A DNA stretch of 64,000 nucleotides, taken from Sphyrna mokarran. Its lineage: Eukaryota. The notes under the pieces were generated by a model. It saw only the letters and a program-made list of their open reading frames with translations. It was not told where the DNA came from and made no database searches. The stretch covers positions 71,858,001 through 71,922,000 of the forward strand of contig JAGIQG010000011.1 in assembly GCA_024679065.1 (NCBI GenBank), read 5' to 3'. A program made the translations under genes and the position numbers. Of this stretch, positions 39,295 to 51,856 are shown one piece after another (position 1 is the stretch's first letter; each line of letters opens with the position of its first letter).

Positions 39295-39955
39295 CCAAAT
39301 ATTAAAAGTTGCACCAAAGTTTATCCAGACCATAAAGCAAAAGTACATCAAGCACAAGATGTTATTGCTATTGGAATAAAATTGAAAAGTGGGATTGTTA
39401 TACTAAATCTGTATCAAATCTTGGTTAAACTACACTTAGAGTGTTGCACGCAGTTTTGGACACCATATTATAAAAAGATTATAGCAGTACTGGAAAAGAT
39501 GTACAAGGATGAAACTAGACATGTGTGGATAAACATATCAGGAAAGGATTGGCGGGGTGAGTCATTTTTTACTTGAAAAATGAAGGTTGAAGGGTGACTT
39601 AATTGAAGTCTTCTAAATTATGGAAGATTTTGATTGAATGGATGTGGAGAGAACGTTTTCTCATGTGAGAAAAAGTATAATTAGAGACCACCAATATTAA
39701 GTAGGTACCGAGAAATCCAATAGGAAGTTCAAAAGAAATTCAAAGAATGGAAAGAAGATAGAATTCGCTATAACAGAGAGTGATGAAGCAAATATTATTG
39801 ATGCAATTAAGGGAGAACCATATAAGCATATTAGAGAGAAGGGAATGGATAGTTCTGATAGTAGATTTGGATAAGAAAGTTGGGAGTGGGTTCAAATTGC
39901 ATCAAGCAATTTGGACTGTTTAGTCTGAATAACCTGTGCCACATATTTTGTGAAA
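39295..39955 (+). mobile_element. CR1 LINE 3' fragment (decayed RT C-terminus)
   Basis: LNLYQILVKLHLECCTQFWTPYYKKIIAVLEK matches the CR1 ORF2 motif L.LY..LVRPHLEYCVQFWSP..KKD...LE; later aagggtgacttaattgaagtc (RGDLIEV-like); frameshifts present. Confidence 0.88.
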
Positions 39956-40029
39956 TGCAATTTTTTCACTTGAAGACACAAACCTATACTGTTGTGTGGA
40001 CACTAGTTAGCTCCTTATTCATTCACTCA

Positions 40030-40345
40030 AGTGGCAATCTTTATCGGCAAGCTCAGGTAGAAAGAGTCACACAGATGTTCAACCATGGGAAGCATCGCTG
40101 GGTAGCCTGATCTGGCCCTGGACCAGTATAAGCAAGCGTCCATGTGCAAAAGTTGCCAGTTGATGTTCAGGAACAGGAGTCCTGTCTGCTGTTGCTGCTC
40201 CCTAGCCTGGGGATCACTAAAACCAACTGCAAAAGCCCAACTTTTGTCAATCAGCACAGAGCTGGGATCAAATCTGGGGCATTGCTGTCCTGTACAGTTC
40301 AGTAGCACACCAGGCAGTACACTGCACCACTGGGGTGTCAGGACA
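40030..40345 (-). mobile_element. Ancient SINE-like repeat (family C), longest copy
   Basis: Minus strand ...ccagatttgatcccagctctgtgctga...ccccaggctagggag...ctcctgttcctga; shares motifs with 23335, 41240 and 60535-60890. Confidence 0.5.
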
Positions 40346-41239
40346 ACTAGACTTTGTTTCTACACTGACTGGCACACTCCCCTGTTTGTCAGCAACAGCA
40401 CATTGAGTTGGCGATCGGGCCTGCTTTCACTCTGTCTCCATTCTCCCTGCATATGTACACAATACAGTAACAAATATAATGGTTCCCATGGTATTTTGCC
40501 TTCCAATCCCTCCTGTGAAACTAATCTTTGGGCGATCAAATTAGGTTCGAGGTGTGTCAGGTTAATTGAAAACAAAATGTCCAGAAGGAGAATGCTGCTT
40601 CACGTAATCTCCCCACACAGAGGGAGAAGGAGGCGAGCTGCTCCTTTAAGGATGATCCGAGAAATTTCTCTGCACTGGTTTGTGCAGGCACTAGGTAGCC
40701 TTAAATAAGGAAATGAACTCAACTCGCCAGTCAGCAGCTCTAGGGAGTTGGGAAATACTGTTCTCTTTCCAGCTCTGCACATTTGTTGGACGACCTCTAG
40801 TCCAACCCAGGTGCATCTTATTTAAAGACAACTGCACAAATCCATGACTGAAGTGGAGAAAGCAAGAGCTGGCTTCAACTCAAACCATGAAATCCTTTTC
40901 TTTTTCTTTGAATGTAGCCAAATTGAGAGAAAAAGAGAAAACACCACTGTGCCTTGTAATTTGAATATTTCTTTATAAGGGAGAGACATCGAAGTTATCT
41001 CAATGCTAACATTCCCTGAAGAAAAGGTTATATAATGAGGCTTGTGCTGCCATTCACAGTTTTGCACTAAAATCATATAGGCCCAGTATATGAATTGTGT
41101 TTGCTAGATTTTGATGTTCTAGCAAACCAAACAAAAATGGTCGGAAATTTAGAATTGAAACAAATTTGGATAGAAACCAGAATCAGTTGCTGAGGTTGTA
41201 ATGCTCACTTGGGTACAATACTGCTCTATGCCATTTGAT

Positions 41240-41395
41240 CTGAGGTGATTCAGTTATGAAACCAATGCCCCAGAATACAACTCTGCAATGCAAAAAAAAC
41301 ACTAGTCTGTGTTGTAACAGTGGATCTTGAGTAGGGCAGTGGTAGAGGTGATAAATTGGCCTTAGTCTCCTAACCTTTTACTAAAGAAAAGGTGC
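41240..41395 (+). mobile_element. Ancient SINE-like fragment (family C)
   Basis: agtctgtgttg...ggatcttgagtagggcagtggtagaggtgataaattggccttagt. Confidence 0.4.
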
Positions 41396-42806
41396 TATAG
41401 AGATGTGGTTATTATGTTGTTGGAAGGGCAGGCGGAATGGAATCGGACGGCATTCCAGTTTATGGTAACCATCCAGTAACGTCTGTTCTTCTTGTGTGGA
41501 CTGGCATTCACATGTCTCACTTGGACAAAATATTGAAGTCTGGCCCAGTGCTTAAGGAGACTGTACCCCAGCAAGAGGTAGCACATTCAGGAAGGAAAAC
41601 AAACTCTATTACCAAGACGCACAGCACAATATTACTGCAGCCTTGCTGACCTGGTGCAACATTGCAGCTGTGGTTTGTGTTACATGGTACATCAACGAGC
41701 ATCATTTACTTCTGTGAGTAGGTCATTGTGCCATTCTTTGCACTGCCTTGCTACCTGGGAACTTCTCACACCAGGCAAATTTAAGTAAAAAGATTGCAAA
41801 AACGCAGCATATGTATTTTGGCAAGTGTTTCAATAACAAGTATCAGGAGTTCAGAGGGTATTGACTAACCAGTCCTTGTGGTTTGTCAAGAGATTCTGAA
41901 CCCCTTGACTCCGTGTATTAGTTACTGCTTTGTAACATGCTGCTAGCTATGAATTATCCTGAACGTACTTCCTATGTTTGATTTCCTATTATTCTGGAGT
42001 TTGTACCACTGGGAATGTGAACAGACTTCAATAGAAGGCTAAGGCAAACAAGCACGATCAGTAAAGTAAGTTATTCAAATACAAATGATATAGCGCATAA
42101 CATACCAGCATATCAAAACTGGGGTGTACATAATTAAAGGGGGAAGTAATGAAATGATATATATATAGTATTCCAGTTAATCAAAACTGTCTGGACTAAC
42201 TTGATGTCAGGAGCTGGTGGTGAGTGTGTGATGCTATAAGCAGTTATCCTTTGATCGCCCACACATGATAATGGACACATGCTGAATTATACTGACTAGC
42301 TTGTCACTACCACTTAGGCTGCATGGCAGAGTGCTGCCTATTTGTTAGAAAACACTTTTAAAAGGAAATAATTCCACAAATAGATAGTTAAAGGGGAATT
42401 ACATTTGATTGAAATATCCTTTAAAGGCAGATACCTGTACACTTATTGGTGCCACTCGGTCTCTTAGTTGCCTCTTGCTGTTCTATTTTTCATTTTTACA
42501 AAGCACTGGTTTGAGGCAGTCAGGCAGCAGACATTTTGTCTACAGCTCATCCTCAGGTGACATCATGGATGGAGACAGTGGTTTGTGGGCAGCAGTCCAC
42601 ATTCATGATGTCAAATGAAGCAAAGATTTATGATTATAGTCATGTAATTCATGGATAGCAAGAAGCGATTTAAAGGCTATAGAGATGCGTACCTTTATCA
42701 TATTTATGTATACAGGATTAATAGCAACATATGAGAACGTTTTGCCTTTAACACTACCATTAGCTAAATATTTATATAGTAAAAACAATGATTCCAACCA
42801 AACATA

Positions 42807-43150
42807 GGCCAGAATGGTCCCAGGCTCAAACCCTATTTAACTGCAATGCAACAAGCAGCCCTTCCTTGTTCAATGTCCAATCGGATTAATGTCCAAGTGG
42901 AAAGTGTGAACGTCCAAGTCCCCTGCACCCTACAACTCCCACTGCGATGTCTATTCTGACACTCTCCCTCCCCCAAATGGTTGATTAGCTTCATGACTTT
43001 CACCATTTCGACACATGCTTGAAGAATAGCCACTTGGTTGGGCAAGGCCCTGGAGGATACCCAGCAGCTGTAGATCCTAGCACCAGCATGAGTTAGCACT
43101 TTCAGGAGAAGTGATAATTGGATGGGTGGGGGTGGCAAGGGACTTTTTAA
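42807..43150. mobile_element. Degraded Harbinger-like remnant
   Basis: Starts ggccagaat (TIR-like); GC-richer interior; the other end is not identified. Confidence 0.3.
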
Positions 43151-43418
43151 AGTAAATCTTTCATCTAATTATGTAATTCTTGAGCGCTTACTGGCTGTCC
43201 CAAATCTTTAAATGTTATTATCCAAACAATGATGCACAAACTCTTGCTCAGAAATGGTAACAAGAGGGTTCATTTTTAAACAATATTTACAACAAAAGCG
43301 AATGTAATTCAGTCACACTCATGTGCATGCATTCTTATATCTCTTTCTCTCTTACGTACACCACAGATATACCTGATAAGGTAGTCACTCCCTGTTCAGT
43401 TCCCCTGTCCACAGAAGG

Positions 43419-43710
43419 TAAAGTTTATTTATAAGTGTCAGAAGTAGACTTACATTAACACTACAATGGATTTTTTGTGAAGATCCCCTAGACACAAAAC
43501 TCCAGCACTAAGGGAGAATTTAGCATGGCCAATGAGTCTAACCAGCACGTCTTTTGGACAGTGGGAATAAACTGGAGCACCTGGAGGAAACCCACATAGA
43601 CATGGGGAGAATGTGCAGACTCCGCACAGACAGTGATCCAAGCTGGGAATTGAACTCGGATTCCTGGCGCTGTGAGGCAACAGCACTAACTATTGTGCCA
43701 CTGTGCTGCC
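43419..43710 (-). mobile_element. SINE type B
   Basis: Head, V-core and type B tail on the minus strand. Confidence 0.88.
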
Positions 43711-44971
43711 AAAACTTACATTCTGCAGTCCTACACATTTACACACATTCACTTACAAACTAGTGGCAAAAGACTTAAGAACTCACTCTCCCCAAAACAT
43801 ACACAATCCGGCACAAACACACCAACATTTGCAAACTGCTCTGTGATACGTATGCCATGTTCAGTCAAGTTCTCTTCAATCCTGAAGTTGTTAGCAATAT
43901 TTAATTCTGAGTAAAAGCTGAGCTAAGTTGTTTTCTTTGCAGAAGGTATTATTGAAGGGATGGTGGGGGGTCGGGGGTGATGAGAGGGGGGTAGCAGAGG
44001 GGGAAGTGGATGGTGAAGAGAACTGGTTTTAATAGTAGAAGTGAATGCGCATCAAACACCTCATTACAACAAAGGTTGTGTCAGGACCCTCAATCACAAC
44101 TCCCGTCACCAGATATTCCAACCTTCCCAGTCAGTTACCTAGGCAGCAGCAAAAAAGTCCTATCGTGAAAAGAATACTCACATAGACACACACACAAGAA
44201 AAGGCGTTGAGGTGGCGATTGTCATTCAGACACCCTTTAACTCCCTCGCCAATGAAAATGTGCAAGCAAGTTTTTTTTTAAAGTGCAACTACATAAATCC
44301 TTCCTTTTCCCTAATTCCCTGTTAGCTCCTAGGTTCACAGATATGTAACCACAATTAACATGCGCTGGCTAGGGATTTGCACAGCCGCCATCCTTCAGGC
44401 TGTATCCTGATGAAGTAGTATATTATTTCAGCTGGTAGTTCAACAAAGCTTTGGGATGAGACTGATTGATTAAGACCAGATGGATGGCCACACATAGGTG
44501 CGACAAAAATAGAACACATTGCAGACATTCCTGGCATCGTCCTTCTATGGTTAGGGGAGGTGAACAGAGTATGACTACCTTATCAGTCTCCCGGTGGGAC
44601 TGGGGAGGCAGGAATGTGTGACTGTGGCAGGGTCGGAGAGTGGTGGGCTAGTACAAGAGAATGGCTGAAGAATTTAGGCTTCTGGATCAGCCATGTCCCA
44701 GCCATTCTCTCTCTCTCTTCCCCCCTCAGCATGAAGTTTCACTTAATGTTCTGCCGGAGCCAAAGCCGTTATCTAGTTGTTATAAATCGTCTTGGATTTC
44801 ACTGTCGAGTCTGTGGAAACTACTGATCTCCGCCTGGCATCTCCGGTAGCTGTGCACTGCCTGCAGGGTATGATAGATTGTGGACCCTTGTCCTGATGTT
44901 GTACACTTCAAGAGGAAAAAATAACTTTTCTCCTGCCTGTTTCAGTTACCCCCACCCCCCATTTCCCCATA

Positions 44972-44973
<2 letters not shown>

Positions 44974-45027
<54 letters not shown>
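44974..45027. repeat. (CA)n microsatellite
   Basis: Seen directly. Confidence 0.95.
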
Positions 45028-45029
<2 letters not shown>

Positions 45030-45884
45030 AATATCACAGATGTACTTTGAAAAATGGAGGCTTGTCTATACATTTAGGTTAAAATACAACTCATCTGCGC
45101 ATTTAAAAGAAAAAAAATCGATGATTTTCCAGCAACTATTGTTCATTTGTACCAGAAAGTAACCCAAAGCCTCAGTCTTAAATAAAAAGGCTCTAATTTC
45201 CTTTCTATCTGTCACAAATCTGCGCACATTTCAATGGACAGAATTAGCTTTGCAACTTATGTGCTGAACAAACCTCTGCATTAATTCAAAGCTCACATCT
45301 CTATTATATTAACCCTAGTTAGGAAAGCGTTACAAAGCTAGGAGCTTGATAAGACTATAATGTCTCAAATAGTTAAGTTTTAGTTTCATGCTTTTCTTGT
45401 GAAACTATTTCACTTGATATGCTATTGCCTTATAACTGTTCCACTATAAACATAGAGATCTAAATGCTAGGTTTGTCATGACTTAAATTAAAAAATAATT
45501 TCTGAGACTGCTTTGTGCAACCACGAAGAATACACTTTTTTTCGTTTTTTTTCAGCACTTCCATTTAGGAGTTTACAAAAGCTACTGGAGATAGCAAGAA
45601 GGGGTTGTTTAACTGGGAGGGCATTTGGAGGTGAGGGGGGGGGTCATGTGAGGAAAGTGCCACAAATACATCCGAACAGAGTTGGCAACTGGACATACCT
45701 GCAAACTTGTGCTGCACTAAAAATAAAATGGAAAGCACTTAATTTTATTATTGTAAGTCAGATCTGATTTCTATCAGCATAAAAAGATACATTTTAAACT
45801 AGGCCCAAGGTCCTTGGTTTATTTTGTGTTGTATTCGCAACAGATTTTTGTGTCAAACAATAAACACGATCCACCACATTAGGT

Positions 45885-46142
45885 AGAGTTTATGGATTAG
45901 AAGCAGGCTATTTAGCCCAACAGGTTGGTATTGGGGTCTATGTTCCAAACAAGCCTCCTCCCAGCTTCTTTCCTCCAATCATCTCAGAATTCCTTGTATT
46001 CTTTTTCGCTCATGTATTTTTCTAGGTATGTCTCTGTGCTGTTTACCTTAACCAATGAGTTTCAAAATCTCACCACTTTGTGAGTAAAGATGCTTCTTCT
46101 GAATTCCACTCTGGATTGGTTAGCGATTACCTTATATTCATG
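45885..46142 (-). mobile_element. CR1-type LINE 3' end, old
   Basis: agaagcaggctatttagcccaacag...agcctcctccc...ctcaccactttgtgagtaaaga. Confidence 0.6.
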
Positions 46143-46503
46143 CAGTGAGTGTGCAAAACTTCAAAGACCATTTTTTTTGGTAAAGTTTCTATTCAAAGTT
46201 CCATAATTAGTCATCAGCCATTGTAGAATTTTCAAAAGTGTCATTTCAAAGCTTGGGACATGTGAGTCAACACTTATTCCATAATGGTTGAAACTGAAGC
46301 TCAGTAACCATTGACATGCTCAGCTGCTCCGGAACTGGCATTATCTCTCATTCAGAATTTTTAACAATTGCTGTACTGAAATTCGAGCTTTTAAATTAGC
46401 AATGGCTGCCATTTAATAGCTCGGGCAGCAAAATAAGATTGGATTTATTCTTTAAAATGGAATGGAAATTTTGAACTTAGTGGCTTCAACTTTACTTCAC
46501 AAA

Positions 46504-46825
46504 GCACGGTGGCACAGCGGTTAGCACTGCTGCCCCACAGCACTATGGATCCGAGTTCAATTCTGGCTCGGGTCACTGTCTATATGGAGTTTGCACATTT
46601 TCCCCACCTCTCCGTAGGTTTCTTCCGGGTGCTCCGGTTTTCTCCCACAGTCCAAAGATGTGCAGTTAGGTGGACTGGCCATGCAAATTGCCCTTTAGTG
46701 TTGGGGGACTGGCTACGATAAATATATGGGGTTATGAGGTCAAGGCCTGGGTGAGTTTGCGGTCAGTGCAAACTTGATGGGCCAAACGGCCTCCTTTGGC
46801 ACCGTAGGATTCTATGATTCTATGA
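46504..46825 (+). mobile_element. HE1-type V-SINE, full length
   Basis: gcacggtggcacagcggttagcactgctgc head, V-core, gattctatgattctatg tail; possible aaagc TSD. Confidence 0.92.
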
Positions 46826-47589
46826 AAGCTGCTAGGTATTTGCTCATCTTTCACATTTCTTCTCCATGTCGACACAATATAAGGATATCCAATTCAACCT
46901 AGTAATTTACCATCATTGAGTGAAGGACCAAGGTTCAATATTATAGGTTGCAATGTTAGCTTGATATAACAGAGCATTTGCATGATTACCTTTGGGGATC
47001 ATGCAGACACTTCACTAGTCTTTTCTCCCAAGGAGTTTTCTCTATTCTTCCCAAACTTCAGCAGGAGATGGAGAACTTGTGGAGTGTTTGAATTCAATGT
47101 GAAGGAAGGAATACATTTGATGCACAAGTGGCTTTTTACATTCCAAACCTTCTCTTTTTATTGAAAGACTGATTTGGAGTTTGGATTCTACCTAAATAGT
47201 ACAAGGATCCCTATATTGCAAACTTTATACCGAGATATTGAGTGGAATATCTTCTACATCAGAAATCTGTACTAATTTAGGGTGGGCTAATAATTCACTT
47301 TATTTTGCGTTTCTGGCAGATACATAGGGAATGATTTTTAATCCCACTCACCAGCAAGATTGCACAGGCGAGTAGTTAAAATTGTTGAGGTTGGAAGCTA
47401 GACTTTACACTATTTTAGTCAACTTAACCGAGCAGGTGACACAGAGATCTACATAAAGTCGGCAGGCTGCCCTAAGATATAGGTCTGCTATTTCGATCTG
47501 ACTGCCACTTTCATGATGTAGCTTGAGCAGGAAGTGTCAATGTGTTACCCTGAAAGGTCAGAAGAGTCCCAAAAAGATAAGTTTACAAA

Positions 47590-47650
47590 CATTTCTCTTT
47601 GATGCTGCCTGGTCTGCTGAGTATTTCCAGCATTTTCTGTTTTTATTTCT
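47590..47650 (+). mobile_element. Penelope-like family A tail fragment
   Basis: gatgctgcctggtctgctgagtatttccagcattttctgtttttatttc. Confidence 0.65.
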
Positions 47651-48627
47651 TTTTACTTTCCTTCTGATGCCTGGTTTTATAAGGAAAGCCTAGCTATGCC
47701 ACCCCCACCATCCCATAACTACCATGATCTCAAATGCAGCACTCACCCCCATCTCACCCTCAACCCACAACATTCTCCACTTCCTCCCCCTCCACCAATG
47801 GCAGATGGCCTAGTTATTTCTTCAAGTGGGCATTTAAATGATGAAAAAAAGTAGGAAGTTCTCTCAGTCACCTGTCAACGTTCTTCCCTCAGCCTCCCTC
47901 AAGTACCATGAGGCTGATTATCTGTTCATTCATCTTTTTGCTGTTTGTGACGGTCTAGTGTGTGTAAAATGGCTGCCACAGTTGTCAACATGACAACCAA
48001 TAAATTGTTGCATGTGCACCCTTTTGCAATATTGTTGGACAATAATGTAAGCTGCTATTTTATGGTGTGCTGCAATGTCCCACAAAGCTCAAATTCATTG
48101 GATTATATCTTTCTCAAAGCAACTAATAACATAAATAAGATGTTGATTAAAAGGTAGACAACTTTAACTTGACCATATTAAAATAAACAGAGTCCTAACA
48201 AACAAGACAGATGCCCTATGACAAGGCAGATGTTAATGTCCAGCTTAGACACTGGCTGGAAGAATTATGCCACTGGGTAAAGCAACTGAGGGCAACATAA
48301 AAAGGGGTTAAATTGGACAGTCTCTGAAAATGCCTACAGGGCTCGTGATGTATGATTAACCTGCATCCGTTAATTGCAATGCAAACAGCCCGCCAACCTC
48401 ATGCTGCCTGCTCATTTGAATGATCGCAGCGTCCAGCCGGTGCTAACCACGTTGTTCATTGATTGGATGTATCAGCAGGGGGCCAATATCATGAGTGGCT
48501 AGTCCCAATTAAAGCTAGCCCACACTGCTCAAAGCTAGTCTTCCCCTCTTGTAGTGGAGGTGCATTGTATCTGAAGCAGGTACTGCAGTCGTGACTGAAG
48601 AGAATTTGATCTGGCAAAGAATGTGAA

Positions 48628-48885
48628 ATAGTAGAACAGAGAGAGAGAGAAGAGAGAGAGAGGACATCAAGGTTTTCAGAAGTTGCCCTGGAGGTCTTGG
48701 CTGAAGAGTTGGAAAGGAGGAGCAATGTCCTGTATCTACAGGGAGGAAGGGGGAGGAGGCCCTCCAGACACACAGTCAAACGGCAGTGGGAGCAGATAAC
48801 CATGAAGGTCAGTGCAAGGAATCAAGCCCCAAGGATCTGGCTGCAGTATCGCAAGAAGTTTAACGACCTAATACGAGTGGTCAAG
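48628..48885 (+). pseudogene. Harbinger Myb/SANT-like (trihelix) DNA-binding protein, exon 1; start codon appears decayed (ATA)
   Basis: RTSRFSEVALEVLAEELERRSNVLY...KRQWEQITMKVSAR...PRIWLQYRKKFNDLIRVVK matches the MSANTD/NAIF1-like pattern (F S..E...L; W..I...V; R...Q.RKK..DL) and ends at donor AAG|gtcagt. Confidence 0.8.
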
Positions 48886-49380
48886 GTCAGTGAATGCATC
48901 TTCGATTCCTCTATCCTGCGAATTGCAACTGTATTCACAGCCATTAACATCAACGTTCACTCAGAACATATCCACCATTATTAACTCTCAGTCAGGTCTC
49001 CTAGTGAACATTCATGTGCTTTACTTCATTTTTACACAAAAGCCTTCGACCTAGGTTTACCAGCTGCGATTAAATGTATTCCTGGAGGTTTCATGACATG
49101 ATGTTCCAGCCATTCATTGGAGCAAAAAAGATTCATTACCATATGGATGATGCTTGACTGTCAACCACATAGCCTTCTTTTCCCCTGGAGGAGGCTGAGC
49201 TGGCCAAACTGGACTGGCCATTGCAGAGGCTGTAAACAGCAGTAGGAATGAAGCTATCAAAAAAGATCAGATCCTCCGACCCAACTCCCCTTCTCACATC
49301 CTAATGCCCTCATATCACATATTCTCATCTTATTTACAATCTGCAAAAGATGGAGGTGTACAGCTCTTACTTTTCAAAGA

Positions 49381-49640
49381 ATAGAATCATAGATTCCTGA
49401 CAGAGCAGGAGGAGGCCATTTGGCCAATCGATCTTGCACTGACAAAAATCTCACACAGATCTTACCCCTGTAACCATCCTGCTAACCCCCTTGACACTTA
49501 GGGGCAATTTAACATGGCCAATCAATCTAACTGGCACATCTTGGCCTATGGGAGGAAACCGGAGTACCCGTGCAGACATGCAAACTGAACACAGTCGCCC
49601 GAGGCTCGAATTGAACCCAAGCTTCTGGAGCTGTGTGGCA
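49381..49640 (-). mobile_element. HE1-type V-SINE nested in the Harbinger remnant
   Basis: atagaatcataga tail and ggggcaatttaacatggccaatc core in antisense. Confidence 0.8.
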
Positions 49641-50013
49641 CAACATTACCTTTCAGATGCTAAAAGGTCCAACCTGATCAGGCAATGGAGAAACACCAAG
49701 CAAATGACGATAAGCACACCGCACCATCACTTGTTTTCATACTCACAGCTACCGTCTCAGATAGTAATATTACACACGTTTTAGGGGGTAGGGGTAGAAT
49801 CTGTTCTTCCTGAGACACTGGGCACAAGGTCAGGGCAGGGGAAAGAATAACACCATTCATAGATCCCCCAAATGCAGAGGTTGTGTCACCTACAGAAGAG
49901 GGATGATGGATATACGCAACTGCACAACAAAACGCTTGGTACATATGAAAACCTGCAGAAAGTTTGCGGTCAATGTCAGAGGAGTCCAACATACTGGCGC
50001 AGATCGGGCTTTG

Positions 50014-50190
50014 AACATAGAACATAGAACAATACAGCACAAACAGGCCCTTGGGCCCACGAGTTGCGCCGATCACATCTACCAATCCACAGACTTATCT
50101 ATAACCCCCTATCCTTTTTTTTCCATATACTCATCCAGAAGTCTCTTAAAAGACCCTAGTGAGTTTGCCTCAACAACCTCCAATGGCAGT
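50014..50190 (-). mobile_element. CR1 LINE 3' end nested in the Harbinger remnant
   Basis: aacatagaacatagaacaatacagcacaaacaggccctt: antisense (TTCTATG)n tail and terminal stem-loop. Confidence 0.8.
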
Positions 50191-50503
50191 GCAGAGTTTA
50201 GAACTCATACTTTCCATCATGCAAGTGGTGACCAATTCCATTTATTATACTTGTGGGCCTAATCGTACTACAGTGCCCAGATTACCATGGTTGCAACTTC
50301 CAACCACTGCTGTCATGCAACTCCGGATTGTTACCATTCAATTTAAAAGTTGCCATGATGCCTATGTACCACAATGTGTGAAGTGAAGCTTGTAGAGTGT
50401 CACAGCACTTCAGCATTCTGTCCTGAAGCAGATGACCAGCTCGCTGAGACACTTCCATGGATGATTGGTAAGGTGATCAGACCAGACCAGGCCAGAACAC
50501 TGC

Positions 50504-50543
50504 ATTTGCCTGACGAAGATGAAAAGATCGAAAGCTCACAAAT
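50504..50543 (+). ncRNA. Minimal type I hammerhead ribozyme motif in a Penelope-like family B fragment (activity untested)
   Basis: atttgc-CTGACGA-a-gat-gaaaag-atc-GAAA-gc-TC-acaaat: intact core boxes, 3-bp stem II, AGCU palindromic stem III, 5-bp stem I with a C-A mismatch next to the core. Confidence 0.6.
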
Positions 50544-50699
50544 TTACTATCAAATAAATCGGCTGGATTTAAAATTGGTGTTGCTAAATTCTTACTGATT
50601 GGTAAGGGTCAATGGAGCATAAATGTGTTCTCCCAGGAAGGCAGCATTCATCCTCCTACCCCTGTCACTTCATCAATGCCCTTGCTGTTGCCTATCAAT

Positions 50700-50785
50700 G
50701 TTTGCTACCAAATAAATCTGTTGGACTTTAACCTGGTGTTGCAAGATTTCTTACTGTGTTTATTCCAGTCCAAGCCGGCATCTGT
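50700..50785 (+). mobile_element. Penelope-like family B tail fragment
   Basis: gctaccaaataaatctgttggactttaacctggtgttgcaagatttcttactg repeats 50545-50597 and matches 7930-7980 antisense. Confidence 0.65.
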
Positions 50786-51856
50786 ACGTCAAGCCTATGC
50801 TACCCATGCAAAAGGGGTATACTTTGCAACCAGCCTTCCAAGGCCAAGAGCTGCTCAACAGCATCATATATGGCTATTTGCTGACTCTTGCACTGTAGTT
50901 GGCACAAACCAGTTATGGCCTCCTGGTGGGAACCCTTCCTCCTGCTCTTCCAGCTGTTTGTTCTGCTTTGTGTGACCTCTGCCCATTCTCCAGGCCAATC
51001 TGCAGTTGAAAGGCAATGCCTCAGAGTACAACTACGTCTGGCAATGACGGGTTAATACAAAAAAAACATCGGAGTCAGCAAAACACTACTTCAGCACCTG
51101 CCATCCCACTCCCTGTAGTCTTCTGCAGTTTGAAACAACTCTATAAAGCACCAGCACCGCAACAGTCACAAGAAATCAACCAGCAACTAATTTGTAAGAA
51201 GTTGACCATCCCTTCAAATAGTGTTGCTGAAGAGTGGTCTTCCTACTGCTTAATGTATGTTCAGTTTAAAAGAGAGAGCACTGGCTTGAGTGCTGAGCTC
51301 TGAAATTTCACTCTGGCATCAAATCAGTATTGCATGCAAATTGCCATTGTGACCTTTCTTGCTCTGCATACTTCTAGTGGATATTCACTGTATGCACACT
51401 AATGCCTGAACCAATATGTTGTCTAGATCAATTGACTCCACAAGTCCGCAATGCAATCTAGATGACATTTTGGAGCTCTAGCAATGCTTGAAGCACCTAA
51501 TACAATAGGTGCTTCTTGCACAAAGATTTTAACATTCTAACGAACAACTTCAGTCCTTTCCTGTTTACCTCCTGTTCTTAATTTCCGAATCTCAATATTT
51601 CTGATCTTTTCAGAGCAGGCAGCCTTCTTAACAACCACCAAGACAACTCTCAGGTGGAAGCTAAAAATATTGTGCATTAGCAAGTCTTAGTTATTTAGAG
51701 CTTCTATGATGAAAGAACCAGATATAACTTTCCAGTTACCATCTTACCATGGGCCAAGTGTACAGCAATTAGACTGCCATATCGCAAAGTGTTCCAGCAG
51801 CCCCCTTCCCCTCAGTCACTCGTACATCACAGACCAACTCTACAATAATTGGACTG

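Larger units (their letters stand above)
48303..51540 (+). mobile_element. Decayed PIF/Harbinger DNA transposon with nested insertions
   Basis: TIR-like ggggttaaattgg at the left end, Myb/SANT exon at 48628-48885, frameshifted exon-2-like remnant near 49180-49267. No transposase ORF recognisable; the right boundary is uncertain. Confidence 0.6.

Noticed and set aside
40142-40708. 188-aa ORF
   Set aside because: Overlaps an antisense SINE-like repeat; no domain or exon structure recognised.
46504-46580. tRNA-like A and B boxes (also in the other SINE heads)
   Set aside because: These are SINE heads continuing into the V-core, not tRNA genes.
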